From: Selaginella moellendorffii
Taxonomy: Eukaryota > Plantae > Lycopodiophyta
Direction of reading: 5' to 3'
NCBI RefSeq assembly: GCF_000143415.4
Contig: NW_003314270.1
Location: 2,759,668 to 2,823,667 of the forward strand
Length of the DNA stretch: 64,000 nt
Part shown: piece by piece, positions 48,101 through 60,431 of the stretch
Position numbering within the stretch: position 1 is the stretch's first letter
Layout: every line of letters starts with the position of its first letter
Translations under genes and position numbers: made by a program
Notes under the pieces: model-generated
Seen by the model: only the letters and a program-made list of their open reading frames with translations
What the model was told of the DNA's origin: nothing
Database searches by the model: none

Positions 48101-51100
48101 CAATTTAAATTTACTATTGCAATATCATCCCTATTTAAGGTGTGCACTTCAGTCGTTCCTAGACAAAATAAATGGACCATTCCATTTTTTCTCGAATTAA
48201 TTTCCAAAAGTATCTATTTTGCTTTGATACTAAAGGACCTTATCTTTTTACATAAGCTCGCAAGAGATTTTTAATTGTCTATCATGCCTAGCTTTTTTAG
48301 CTTTTTGAATTGCATGTAAGGTTTAAATTGCTCTAAGCTTAAGCTAGTTTAAGTTTTCTATTTGAGCAAGTATTTGCTTAAGAGCTTGTTTTTCGTCTAA
48401 GCCATTTTTAATTGCAGGGAATTATAAATTCCATATGTGTTAAAGCTTCTTGGCCATAAGTAAGACGAAATGGTGTTATGCCTATGGATATTTTATATGC
48501 AATCCTATAAGCTCACAAAGCATCTAGAATTTTCTTATCCTAGTCTTTTTGATTGTCTTTTACAATCTTTTTCAAGATATTTTTAAGCACTTTATTAGTA
48601 GATTCAGCCTAGCCATTCCCTTGCAAGTAATATGATGTGGACCTTTTGTGCTTAAAGATAAATTCTTGTATAACAATTTTTATATCTGTTATAATCTTCT
48701 TAGGTAAACCAAATTTTATAATGATGTTTTCATAGAGGTATTTGGTAATGTTAGTAGCTGAGGCCTGTTTCATAGGTATAACTTTTGCCTATTTAGTCAC
48801 ATAACCAATAACGACTAAAATGTATTTATTCCTTTTATTATTTGTCACCATAGACTCATAAAATCCAATATGAAATGCTTCATATGGATAGGTAAGATTT
48901 AATTCATGAATTTACTTTTTATGTGGTAGTTTATACCTTTGACAAATGTTATAATTTTTTGCAAAAAATTGCTGTATCTTTCCAAATTGTAAGCCACCAC
49001 AACCTTGTTTGTAATACTTTCTTAGCAATGATTTCATTTACAAAATAATCTCTTGATAGGTTTGAATAAACTTCCCTTAAGATTTCATTTTTTTCTTTGT
49101 GCCTATTAACACATCTTATGTTCCATTGATGCCTAATTTATATTTAGGGGGAAATTTTTTATAGTCATACCAATTTCTGGTATAGGGGCTTCTTGCCAGG
49201 TACTTCTTTGAGTATTATATAAATATCAACTTTTGAAATTGGCTAAATTTAAAATAAGACTTTTAAAATTTATTGTTCTTAAGAATCGTTTAATTCTTCC
49301 TCATAATCATAAGATTGAGTTTGAGGGGTTGATATTTCTTTTCTAACTATATAGTGGAAATAATAGGCACAAATCTTTTCTAATTACCCTACTCTATATG
49401 CACAAAACCATTTTTCCAAGCAATTATTAGCCAAGATTTACCTAGTAGAGTTTTGTAAGTAAAATTTTGTCTTGTCATTTTAGAAAAAACGTAATTGAAT
49501 TTGTACTTTAGGCTAACTATATTAGTTAAGACATTTGTAATAATTCCAATGGGCCTGATGCTTTGGTTATCTGTTATTCGTATATTAAATGGGATTGGTT
49601 GAATTAGGCTTAGGCTTAATTTTTTGCAAATACTCTCTTGTAGAATATTTACACTTGAGCCACTATCAATAAATGTTCTAGATAATAGATTCTTGCCAAT
49701 CTTTATATCAATTGTAGAAACTTCATCATCATATTCTTTTAGCTCAATTATAATGGCTATAGAGGGGATTAAAGTTTCTTTCTTCTTAGATAAAAACTTT
49801 ATAAGCAATGTAGCTCTAAAGTAAAGTGTTATAGTTAAAAGTTGGACTAGAATGACTGTGATTCCAAAATTAAAATGTTTTTTACTGCCTTCTTTTTATC
49901 CTTATCATATAACTTTAGTATAGAATTTTCCTTTTGCATTAATGGTAAATTCATGTTAACTTATAAAGGCATAAAGATGATTTTAATATTTATTGATCTT
50001 AGAAATCGTTTAAGCTTTCCTCCCAATCATAAGATTGAGTTTTGAGGGGTTAACCTTTCTTTTTTAACTATATAGTGGAAGTAATAGGCATAAATGTTTT
50101 CTAGTTGCCCTATTCTATATGCATAAAACCATTTTTCTAAGTAATTTTTAGCCAAGGTTTGCCTAGTAGAGTTTTATAAGTAAAATTTTGTCATATCATT
50201 TTAAGCATGATATAATTAAGTTTGTACTTTAGGCTAACCACATTGGTTAAGGCATTTTTAATAATTCTAATGGGCTTAATGCTTTAGTCATCTGCTATTT
50301 ATATATTAAATGGGGCTGGTTGAATTGGGCCTAGGCTTAATTTTTTGCAAATACTCTTTTCTAGAATCCTAGGCCATAACTCTGACAAAGTTTGTGATAT
50401 TACTAGTTGCTCTGGAAGGGCCTATTAGTCACTCTTAAGAGTAAACATTTAGCTTCCCAATCAATTTCAAAATGGGGATGGCTTTCCTCTAGAGACAAAA
50501 TGTCTAAAATATTTTTTATACAAAAATCCTAGAAATGTTTTGAGCAATAAACTTTATTTTTTACAACGTATCTATCTTACTCAAGTATGGTCTATTTTAA
50601 AAGATTTTTACTCCACAAAATTTTGTTGCCCATCAATCTAGATTTGGGATTGATCCAATGTCTATTAGCCTTATTATCAACAAATTAATCTCTCCACTTA
50701 TGTGCGTAGAAGAATCTTCCCTTTTTGCCCATGCTTAGTGTAGTTAAAATTAAGGTTTCTGGTGCATAATAGTCAATTTCGGAGTAACTTACCTATTTTA
50801 TAATGGGTTTTACCTTTTAACTTATAGCTAACCTTGCCCTTATAAATGTGGAATTAGAACGAATGGTTTATTGCTCCTGGCAAATTTTAGGTAAAGCTCT
50901 TTTAAATTAATTTAAACAGAGTGTGGAGACCATTTTGTGAAATTGCCTTATGGAATCAATGTAAGGGTCAAATTATCTAGTGTATGATAGCATTTTTTAA
51001 ATGAATTTACTTATATAATGATATTAAATAGCTTTTTGAGTATGTGATAGCTTATTCGTGGAAGACTTTGTTTCAAATCTAAATAAAAATTGGTTTTCAA

Positions 51101-52159
51101 AGTAAATTTCTCTCTAGCCTCTTTGCCAACAAGTAGTAATGGTCAATAAAAGTCTCTACTCAAGCTTGTATAATAAAGTTTTGAGCTTTGTAATGTATTT
51201 TAAAATTTCTAGGAGTATCTGAAGATATTTCACCTTTTTAAACAAAACCCATTTTATCTTTAAGCTTGTTCTAGTTCTTCAGAGATCAAAGTAGTGTCTC
51301 TAAGATTAACACCTATGCCTAACAGCAAGCTTTGCAACTCTCTATTTTGCATTTATGGCATGAAGCTTCTCAACTGCTTTGTTTAGCAAAAGCTCGATTA
51401 ACATAGCGGGTGATTTATGTGTTCCAAATATAGGTGGAAATTGAGCTATAACTTTTACTAGAGTAATTGTATAATTTTGCCTACATAAAAAATATTCACT
51501 AGGTGGAAATTTTCTTCTATAAGGAGGTATATACACCTGTGGATCACGTCTCATAAAAAGTGATTCATACTTTGTAAAGGGTGTTTCACACATAAAGTGG
51601 TGAGTATTTCCCTTAGCAATTGAGCGTCGCTCAACTGGTCTAAAAGGCAAATTTTCACACCTATTCACTTATATATTTATTCTTTGTCCATACCTCACTT
51701 TAGGAGATATGGAGCGTGTTTCACATAATTGCCCTTGATTCCTCCCTATGAGGTTAGATGTGATGTGAGTGCTCTCAAAATCTATAAAAGAGTGGCATCT
51801 TTCATATTGAGCAGTGTTTGTAATTTGGGTAATCTCTTTATATACAAGAGATGAGCCTTGATTAATTTTCCTAAGTGTACTAGATGTAGAGCGATTCGAA
51901 CAATTAGAGTGGTTCGTGATAACGGCTTTTGAATTCTCAATTTGTGAGTTTTGTTTAAGTATTATAAGGTTTTGCAATATGTGTAGTAGAATTAAACTCA
52001 AGACAAATGTACTCTCAAATTGTGTTTGAGTAATTGTCCATGCTAAAGGACCTTGGATCAAAGCCTTGAGACAGCACAATGTTCTAATTGTGATTCTATC
52101 TTTATTAAAGCCTTATAAGATTTAGCTGAATAATTCCCTAATTTATTCTTCACTAAGGC

Positions 52160-54204
52160 TGTAGTGCACCTTATCTCTCCCCTTAAGCCAACTGGAAAAG
52201 GGGCAATTGCTTGATGAGAGAGCCCTTAGTGGCTATTTTATCCCCATTTATCCCCCAAAGTTCCAAGGATCCACGGTGACAGTATATCTAAATCTCATCC
52301 CATGATCACATGCGTTACACTCACCCCCCCTTCAGAGATGTCAATGTCCTCATTGAACAACCCCTACTAAGCCAAGGGAAATCAGCACCTCCATTTCCAC
52401 ACTGAATCTATCAATCCTTCTATTGTGTAGACTAGCTATTCCATATGAGGCAACTAGTCATCCACCCGTACCGTAGTCCCACGGTGGATACCTTCGTCCG
52501 TGGATACTCCACACAAGAGGAAGGACGTATGCATGGATGCCCAATACGTACAATTTCAAATTTAGGGGTAGGAATATACCTTGCTCAAGGGTATATTATA
52601 TTTTTAAGTAGCCACTAATCAATGAGAATCGAACCCGTGCCATTTGCTCCGATACCAACTGTAGTGCACCTTATCTCTCTCCCCTTAATCCAACTGGAAA
52701 AGGAGCAATTGCTTGATGAAAGAGCCCTTAGTGGCTATTTTATCCCCATTTATCCCCCAAGATTCCAAGGATCCACGGTGACAGTATATCTAAATCTCAT
52801 CCCATGATCACATGCGTTACACTCACCCCCCCTTCAGAGATGTCAATGTCCTCATTGAACAACCCCTACTAAGCCAAGGGAAATCAGCACCTCCATTTCC
52901 ACACTGAATCTATCAATCCTTCTATTGTGTAGACTAGCTATTCCATATGAGGCAACTAGTCATCCACCCGTACCGTAGTCCCATGGTGGATACCTTCGTC
53001 CGTGGATACTCCACACAAGAGGAAGGACGTACGCATGGATGCCCAATACGTACAATTTCAAATTTAGGGGTAGGAATATACCTTGCTCAAGGGTATATTA
53101 TATTTTTAAGTAGCCACTAATCAATGAGAATCGAACCCGTGCCATTTGCTCCGATACCAACTGTAGTGCACCTTATCTCTCTTCTCTTAATCCAACTGGA
53201 AAAGGAGCAATTGCTTGATGAAAGAGCCCTTAGTGGCTATTTTATCCCCATTTATCCCCCAAGATTCCAAGGATCCACGGTGACAGTATATCCAAATCTC
53301 ATCCCATGATCACATGCGCTACACTCACCCCCTCTTCAGAGATGTCAATGTCCTCATTGACTATTGACTAATAACCCCTACTAAGCCAAGGGGAACCAGC
53401 ACCTCTATTTCCGCATTGAATCTACTAATCCTTCCATTGTGTAGACTAACTATTCCATATGAGGCAACTAGTCATCCACCCGTACCGTAGTCCCACGGTG
53501 GATACCTTCATCTGTGGATACTCCACACAAGAGGAAGGACATACGCATGGATGCCCAATACGTATGATTTCAAATTTAGGGGTAGGAATATACTTTGCTC
53601 AAGGGTATATTATATTTTTAAGTAGCCACTAATCAATGGGAATCGAACCCGTGCCATTTGCTCCGATACCAAACAAGAGGAAGGCCGTACGCATGGATGC
53701 CCAATACGTACGATTTCAAATTTAGGTGGATACCTTCGTCTGTGGATACTCCACACAAGAGGAAGGACATACGCATGGATGCCCAATACGTATGATTTCA
53801 AATTTAGGGGTAGGAATATACCTTGCTCAAGGTATATTATATTTTTAAGTAGCCACTAATCAATGGGAATCGAACCCGTGCCATTTGCTCCGATACCAAG
53901 AGGAAGGCCGTACGCATGGATGCCCAATACATACGATTTCAAATTTAGGGGCAGGAATATACTTTGCTCAAGGGTATATTATATTTTTAAGTAGCCACTA
54001 ATCAATGGGAATCGAACCCATGCCATTTGCTCCGATACCAACTGTAGCATACCTTATCTCTCTCCCCTTAAGCCAACTGGAAAAGGGGCAATTGCTTAAT
54101 GAGAGAGCCCTTAGTAGCTATTTTATCCCCATTTATCCCCTAACGTTCCAAGGATCCATGGTGACAGTATATCTAAATCTCATCCCATGATCACATGCGC
54201 TACA
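52160..54204 (-). mobile_element. Tandem-array TRIM: four ~160-bp LTRs (52160-52319, 52660-52821, 53162-53323, 54043-54204)
   Basis: TG...CA ends; perfect 5-bp TSD AAGGC (52155-52159, 54205-54209); PBS TGGTATCGGAGC (tRNA-iMet type); PPT gaagggggggtgag; ~502-bp period; non-coding. Confidence 0.93.
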
Positions 54205-54539
54205 AAGGCTAACTTTAGCTTTCTTTAAGTTAGAGCCAATGACAAGAGTTACAGGTGTCCAATTTTCTTATTTATCTATGCCTAAAAAAATTATGACACA
54301 TTGCTGAAAAATATATCTTCTAAAAGCTCAAGTAAGAACTTGCTCAGAAAAAAAGAATTCTATAGTAGTTAATTGTGTTTTCTAAATTCCATTATTTCTT
54401 CTTTTAGATTTTTCTCAAGAAATTACTACTTAAAAAATTTGAACTTGAGCTTAGCAATATATACCAAACTAAACAACTTAGGTAACTTTTTAAAGGAAAA
54501 TAAAGTTTAGTGCAATAGTATCGACCCAAGTTATGTCCT

Positions 54540-55442
54540 TGTTGCAAATGTGACTTCGGGTATTGAAAGATACTTGTCGGCCAGTCCTAACGAACACTCT
54601 TTCCTTACTACCACGACGGTAAGAGGTCAATACTGCTGGTTCCTTTTATGGTCTCCACCCAGGAATTTTGTTCTTATACTTGTTTGACTAGTTTCTCAAC
54701 TAGCTTTTCATCCGGCCCAAACACCGTATTTGTCAAGCATACTTGACCTAATTAGAGAAACTCATTCGTTGACTTGCAGTTGCTAGTGTTAAGAACCCCC
54801 TTGATATTGAGTCTAATCTCTCAATATCATTACATTCTCCCAAACACCCTTGCTATCATGCCTTTTGTATTGGTTTTATCTCGTTCTATTGGCTAATTAT
54901 GGAAAGTGTCTAGATTTGCTAATTTGGCATATCTACGGAATGTAAAGATTAGCTTGAACACAATAGTGTTTATCCCATATCCAAATTCGCAATATAAAGA
55001 CATTCCATATTTAGTAAGTTTCAAACTTGTCCCCAGAGACTAGCTCTTGGAACTAAGGGAGGCTTGGGGTAAAAGCCCAAAGTATATATTCCTCAAGGGG
55101 GGGGGGGGGGGGGCGGCTATGGGTAGTTCCAAATGTATAGTAGGGATAGTGGTTGGAATGCATGTCCAACCATCTTAAATATTAGTTTGGCTCACATTGG
55201 GCTGTGTCGTTCCTTATTCTACGTCCAACTTAGGCCTGAACTCAAGCTCCATGCTACTTCAGTCGGTGGAGTACCCTCCTTACATTAGGGCATCGGTATG
55301 CCAAAATTGTGCTAGACACCGTCTGACACCATTTTGCGTGTAAATCCTAGATACGGGGAGTTGGTGCTTGTGGGGTTGTACTGGACCCTCGTTTTGAAGT
55401 GCAATGGGCTTGGAGTTCAACTCCAAATTCATATGCACTATA
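54540..55442 (+). mobile_element. Solo LTR of the chromovirus at 37129-38042
   Basis: Colinear with 37129-38042 over ~900 bp. Flanks GTCCT/GTTTT are consistent with a decayed TSD. Confidence 0.85.
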
Positions 55443-57020
55443 GTTTTTCCAAACTTCAATTTGTGTCAATTTTAAACTTGTCCCATACTTTATAGCTTAA
55501 GTGATGGTTAAAAAACTATTGTTCTTGTGTTATCATAACACTAAGCCATTACAATCACAAAAAATAGCTCTTTCATTCAATATTGTTTGGGCTTAAAGCT
55601 TCTACAATCACTAAAGAGATCTATTTGTGCTTCCTAGTGCTAAACATGTTTGGAATTCATAAATAATTTTTCCCCAGCTGTTTTTGAAGCCAAAAAGTAA
55701 CAGTTTATCCCACCATGATCACCAAAAGTGAGTAAAGCTTATTTTGCTTATACTCACGTTCTTACCCCTATTTGCAAAAATAGTGACAAATAAACAAAAA
55801 CAAAAATGTAGATTAAAGAAGAATGAGAAGAGAATAGAAGAGAATTTAATTTTGAGTACTCTTTATTCTTTTTATGAGTAAAGATAATCATATATCACTC
55901 TCTCAACTCTACTTTGCATAAAGAGTTATAGATGGGAGAAAAGATAATTAATTCAATGCAAATGCATATAATAAATGAGGGGTTATTTTCCAACATGTTT
56001 AAGTGTTATTTATATATTATATAATTTTATAACCATTCCTAATTGCTTCACGCTTGTCTATGATGAGTGTTGCCTAGGTCAAGTCTTTTTTCTTTGAATG
56101 CTTAAACTTAGGCATAACTCCATTTTACCTACGATTCTTTTTTTTCCTCTACCTAGGAAAATACATAAAATAAAATGTTTACCTCTTTATTAGCAAGAAT
56201 TAACCAAGAGAGGATACCCAATTGGAAGCAAGTACTATTGAGTGAGGTTGGGCAATTAGTAGTATTTAAACTAAAAAATGCTTAGCACTAAATATCCTAA
56301 GATCCTAAATCTCTTTGTATTTAAACCTTAATGAATAATTTCTCAAATTATTCTCCTTAATTATTTACAAATAACTTTTTTATCTAAACAAATGAGATAA
56401 ATGAGATATCATTTCAATAGCCTTTATCACTAATTTGCACAAAATATTTTAAAGAAATAATGCTATCTAGATTGTTATAGATTAGTTAACAAAGAGCTTC
56501 TCAATGAAAATGACAATTTAAACTTTTAAGCTGATTATGAGTGGTTAGGATCTGCAAATAGAAAGTTCACTGTAAACCTATTTCACAAAGACCTTGTATA
56601 ACATGCTTGGCAGCAGTTGTGCCATTCCCATCACAATCTCTTTCAGCCTTGAATTTGAACATTCCATGCTTGATCTGGGAGTGGGACGTATGTGATATTT
56701 TGGGATGAAATCATTGCAATGATCTGATAGAATTAGTGCTCGATATGGATAATCACCCACCAGAACTGGCAACATCATAATATAATCTTAAAGCTTCTTC
56801 ATATATAGCATACCTTCTCGATGGATCTTAGTTGTTCTTATCCATTGTTCATGAATGGTCCTAGTACCAAAATCCATGTGTTTCCACGGCCTTGCTTGAT
56901 GATAACTCTTTTTAGCTTGCGAATGGCGTGAACACACAGTTCAATTATGATTCAAGAGTATTTAACCACATAGGAAATGGATCTTCTAACCATCTCAGGC
57001 TAAACGTTTTAGAGCATGAT

Positions 57021-58475
57021 ATGAAGAACAGCTCGGCTTGGATCATCGGAGCGCTGCTGCTCGCCTCGCTTGCTAATGACGCTAGTGAGTTTAACTTTCT
57101 TGCTTGTTCTGGGTTTACTGTCAAGACCTTGTTTGATCTCGACAAGCACTCGGTAAATGCCTTTGGCTTGTATATGGACCTGCGGAACAAGTTTGTGTTG
57201 GCGCTCGATTCTAGTGGCAATCGTATATGGAAGCTGAGACTGCCACTCTCGCACGCTGCTGACGATCTGGAAGAGGCACCACTCGCTGCACGGGGAATTC
57301 TCGACTGGAGTAAGCACTAGAGGCTTTTCTTATAAAGCGTAAGAGTTTTTTTTTCCTCTAGATAGCAGCTTGGAAGCTCTTGCCGGTTCACTCGTGGGGG
57401 AGTCCGGCTATGTCGACGGCCCCGCGGCAAAGTCACTTTTTAATCGCCCACAAAGCCTTGCTATTTGTGACAATGGCGCGGTCTTTGTGGCGGATACGAG
57501 GAACTTGGCTATACGCAAAATCAGCAAGGATGGCGAAGGCAGTTTCGTTTTCCCTTTTAAAAATCTCTAGAACATTTTTTCTGTTTCCAACAGTGACCAC
57601 CATTGCCGGAGGTAGCTCTCGAAAGCCAGGCTTTGCCGATGGCCCCGGAGACACAGCTCGTTTCTCAAGCGAGTTTAGGTTGGCGTGTTCTTGTGGCTCC
57701 TTACTCATAGCCGATCGCGGGAACCGGTTGATTCGCGAGATACAAATCGATGATCCAAAGTCATGTGATTCAAGCGATTCAGCCGTTTCCGGTGACTTCT
57801 CGTCCTTTGCCTTGATTTTTTTCTTTCGATTGGATTTAAAACTCCTGCTTTTTGTTGATTTCATGATCAGGATCACAAAAATGGGCTTTAATTCCCGTAG
57901 TGCTGCTTGGCATCTGTCTGGAGATGCCTCTGGGAGCTTTTATAATCTGGAAGATACTTGATCAGCGGTGCCGGCAAGTAAGTTTCACGAGCAACGCTGG
58001 TGACGCTTATGAAAATATTTCTAGGCAGGCGATCAGCTGGGAAACACTGAAAGATTGCTGGCGGGCGTTCCGGAGGACGATGATCTGCAAGTTCGGCAGC
58101 AGAAGCGAACTTGCTAGCGCCGTCTTTAGTCTTTTCCTGCTTGTATATCATCAGGCACAGCTGCTCGCGTCTGTCTTCTTTGGTGTTGCACAAAATGAAG
58201 CAACGAAGCCAACTGCGCCTGTCAAACAAGATCAAGACCTCCACTCTCTCCTTGGAAACACGAAAGATGAGCCTCCAGACCTCATTGATTTCATGGAACT
58301 CTCCCAACTTGGAATTTTCTGTTGCTCCTTCTCGCCCTCTTCCTTTTCCGGATTCGAGGAATTTGACTATGGAGCTCGAGTGTTTGGAGAAGTTCCAGCA
58401 GGAATTCAAGGACAAGCTCAAGCACAGCTAAGAATCCGCTCACACAAGCTTTGTTTTTCCACTCTTCTTGAATAG
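57021..58475 (+). CDS. NHL-repeat gene copy 3 (altered, possibly pseudogene)
   Basis: Intron 1 collapsed in frame, in-frame insertion at ~57253-57307, GT->GC donor change at ~57539, and a 10-bp indel that changes the C-terminus. Confidence 0.6.
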
Positions 58476-58495
58476 TCCATTGTTTTACAAATAGG

Positions 58496-58625
58496 TTGAC
58501 GCTCATGTTCCGGCGGAAGGCGTTCCTCCGGCGAGGAGATGGACGAGCTCGAGTTCCAACGATCTGGTGACCGAGTACCAGCAGTACCGGGACGCTTCCA
58601 TGACGACGATGACTTTGGGGAGGAT
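58496..58625 (+). pseudogene. Beta-tubulin C-terminal fragment (copy 3)
   Basis: Near-identical to 30561-30690. Confidence 0.8.
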
Positions 58626-58749
58626 CCAACTCGCCTCGCAATCCACAGCGTAAAAACCATTCTCTTTTTTCACAAAGGCAAAAGTATTACTATTTTTTTC
58701 CAAGTCAAGGGTTAGGTTATACTTTCTCGCTTGGATTTTTCTATTCGAG

Positions 58750-59619
58750 ATGTCGGAACGCGCGGTTTCGTCAGGTATGGATGCTTCTCTCCATCAAGAA
58801 GCTATGGTCTCTCGTGATCATGGGCCTCCAACGCTTGGCCGCCGAGCTCCAGCGCCCTGGCATGGCGGCCATCACCGAGCTTCACACCCGCGAGCTCCAG
58901 CTCCAGCTCCAGCGCATCGAGCAGCACATGGACACCACCGTCCTCGAGCATCTCATGGAGGCCACGAGCCAGCGCCAGCTTTAGCTCCAGTTCTTCAAGG
59001 TGGCGCTCCAGTTCCAGCTCCGGCTCCAGCGCCAGCTGCTTTCGTTCATGCTCGCGGCCACCACCCTGGCGATCGAGCTCCAGCGCCTCGCCACCACGAT
59101 CCAGCTCCAGCGCCTCGCCACCACGATCCAGCTCCAGCAGCAGCGGTGTACCATCATCATCACGTTGATGGAGCTCCTCTGGTTGTTCACCACCATCACC
59201 ATGGTCACCATCATGGAGGCCACCACCATCATCATGGTCACCATCATGGAGGCCACCACCACCACCACCACCACCACCACCATCGTCGCGACGGTCACAA
59301 CGCAGCGATGGCCACACCGACACCCGCGGCAGTGGTTACAGTGGCTCGGAGGACGCCCTGGTCGCTGCTCCCGCTTCTTCTCTGGGTTTTGGTTGCGATC
59401 TTGGTGCTGCTTGCGTGCTGTTTGCTAGTGCGATGGATGTTATCTCGAAGGAAACAGCGCAGGAATGCGATCTTTCAGGACCCTCAGTGGCGGATCGAAG
59501 TGACAAATCCTCTGGCAGTTGTGGTGGACGATTCTCTGACTGAGAAGAAAGAGCCCGAGTGGAGGATTAAAGTGCTAAACGCACAGGAGGAAGACGATTC
59601 TCTGACTATGAGCTTGTGA
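58750..59619 (+). CDS. His/Ala-Pro-rich single-pass membrane protein (copy 3)
   Basis: 289-aa ORF with an extra in-frame PAPAPRHHD repeat. Confidence 0.65.
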   Translation: MSERAVSSGMDASLHQEAMVSRDHGPPTLGRRAPAPWHGGHHRASHPRAPAPAPAHRAAHGHHRPRASHGGHEPAPALAPVLQGGAPVPAPAPAPAAFVHARGHHPGDRAPAPRHHDPAPAPRHHDPAPAAAVYHHHHVDGAPLVVHHHHHGHHHGGHHHHHGHHHGGHHHHHHHHHHRRDGHNAAMATPTPAAVVTVARRTPWSLLPLLLWVLVAILVLLACCLLVRWMLSRRKQRRNAIFQDPQWRIEVTNPLAVVVDDSLTEKKEPEWRIKVLNAQEEDDSLTMSL

Positions 59620-60431
59620 AAGTACGGTGCTACCAGCATAGCGAGTGCTCGAGAGGTTTAAGCGGCGGGATTAGTGTGGTCTAAACGGCACCAACTGACG
59701 ATGCCTTGGTCTCATGAGGTACCGAGTCTGTGATCTGGACGCTCAAACGATTGATACTGCAGTGGAGGGCCTGTTCCAGTGTTTGGAGTGAAGAAGACAC
59801 AGAGAGCTTCGTCGATCTGCAAAGGTTATATTTGTCGCGACAATCTCTATGCAAGGTGTCGAAGCCTCGTCAAGTTTTAAACGAATACCCCGGAAGCAAC
59901 ATCGTGGACTATCTTGATTGCCGGCTATGCTCAGCACAACGAACCGGGATGCTGATAAACTATCGTGGCAGAACTGAAGGCTTGGGCAGCTCTGGCAATT
60001 GGGAAGGTAATTCACTTGACTATCTCCAGATATAGAGACGAAGTCATTGCGTCCGTGGCCAACTCAAAGCGAGCATGTAGTACTGTGAAGGACTGCCGAG
60101 TTATGGTCACCTGCGGCTTTGTTCTGGAAGTCTTAAAACCGGACGGGATTGCTTTCACTTCATCCTCACTGAGTGTAGCGATGCTGACTTGGTCGACACA
60201 GCAACCCAGGCAATGAGCTGATCGTAGGTAACTCCAGATCTGGAGCACTTTCACTGTATGGTGGTGAGGCTGTCGAGATGGCGAAAACGATATGCTTTAT
60301 CAACTTTTATTTATTGATAAAGAAGAATATGTGGAATGTTTGAAGGAGATTAAGTAGTTGATTTCACCGTATCTTTTATTAGCTAATAATTTTATTATTT
60401 TGGCAAAATAAAAAAATAAAAAAATAATGGA

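Larger units (their letters stand above)
46762..56189 (-). mobile_element. Old, decayed Ty3/gypsy element with ~460-bp LTRs (46762-47221, ~55727-56189) hosting nested insertions
   Basis: Diverged direct repeats at both ends; PPT-like gtggggaaatgg; PBS-like tggtgatcatggtgg; protease IDSGSSVNIL (49389-49808, partly duplicated at ~49980-50365); integrase relics at ~48300-49100. It interrupts sequence that is contiguous at ~38940. Confidence 0.75.
28955..60430 (+). repeat. Triplicated cassette: copy 1 ~28955-32530; copy 2 ~38555-43320; copy 3 ~46360-46760 plus ~56190-60430
   Basis: Near-identical NHL, tubulin fragment, His-rich ORF and ~0.8-kb tail in all three. Copies 2 and 3 share an extra ~1.2-kb upstream segment. 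Confidence 0.92.

Noticed and set aside
52160-54204. CRISPR array, satellite, or repeated 61-aa peptide genes (MRIEPVPFAP...)
   Set aside because: LTR, PBS, PPT and TSD identify a TRIM. There are no unique spacers, and the ORFs are antisense across the PBS and LTR.
56881-56900. miR396-like sequence ttccacggccttgcttga
   Set aside because: Several mismatches, no complementary arm, and not conserved in the paralogous copy at ~39655.
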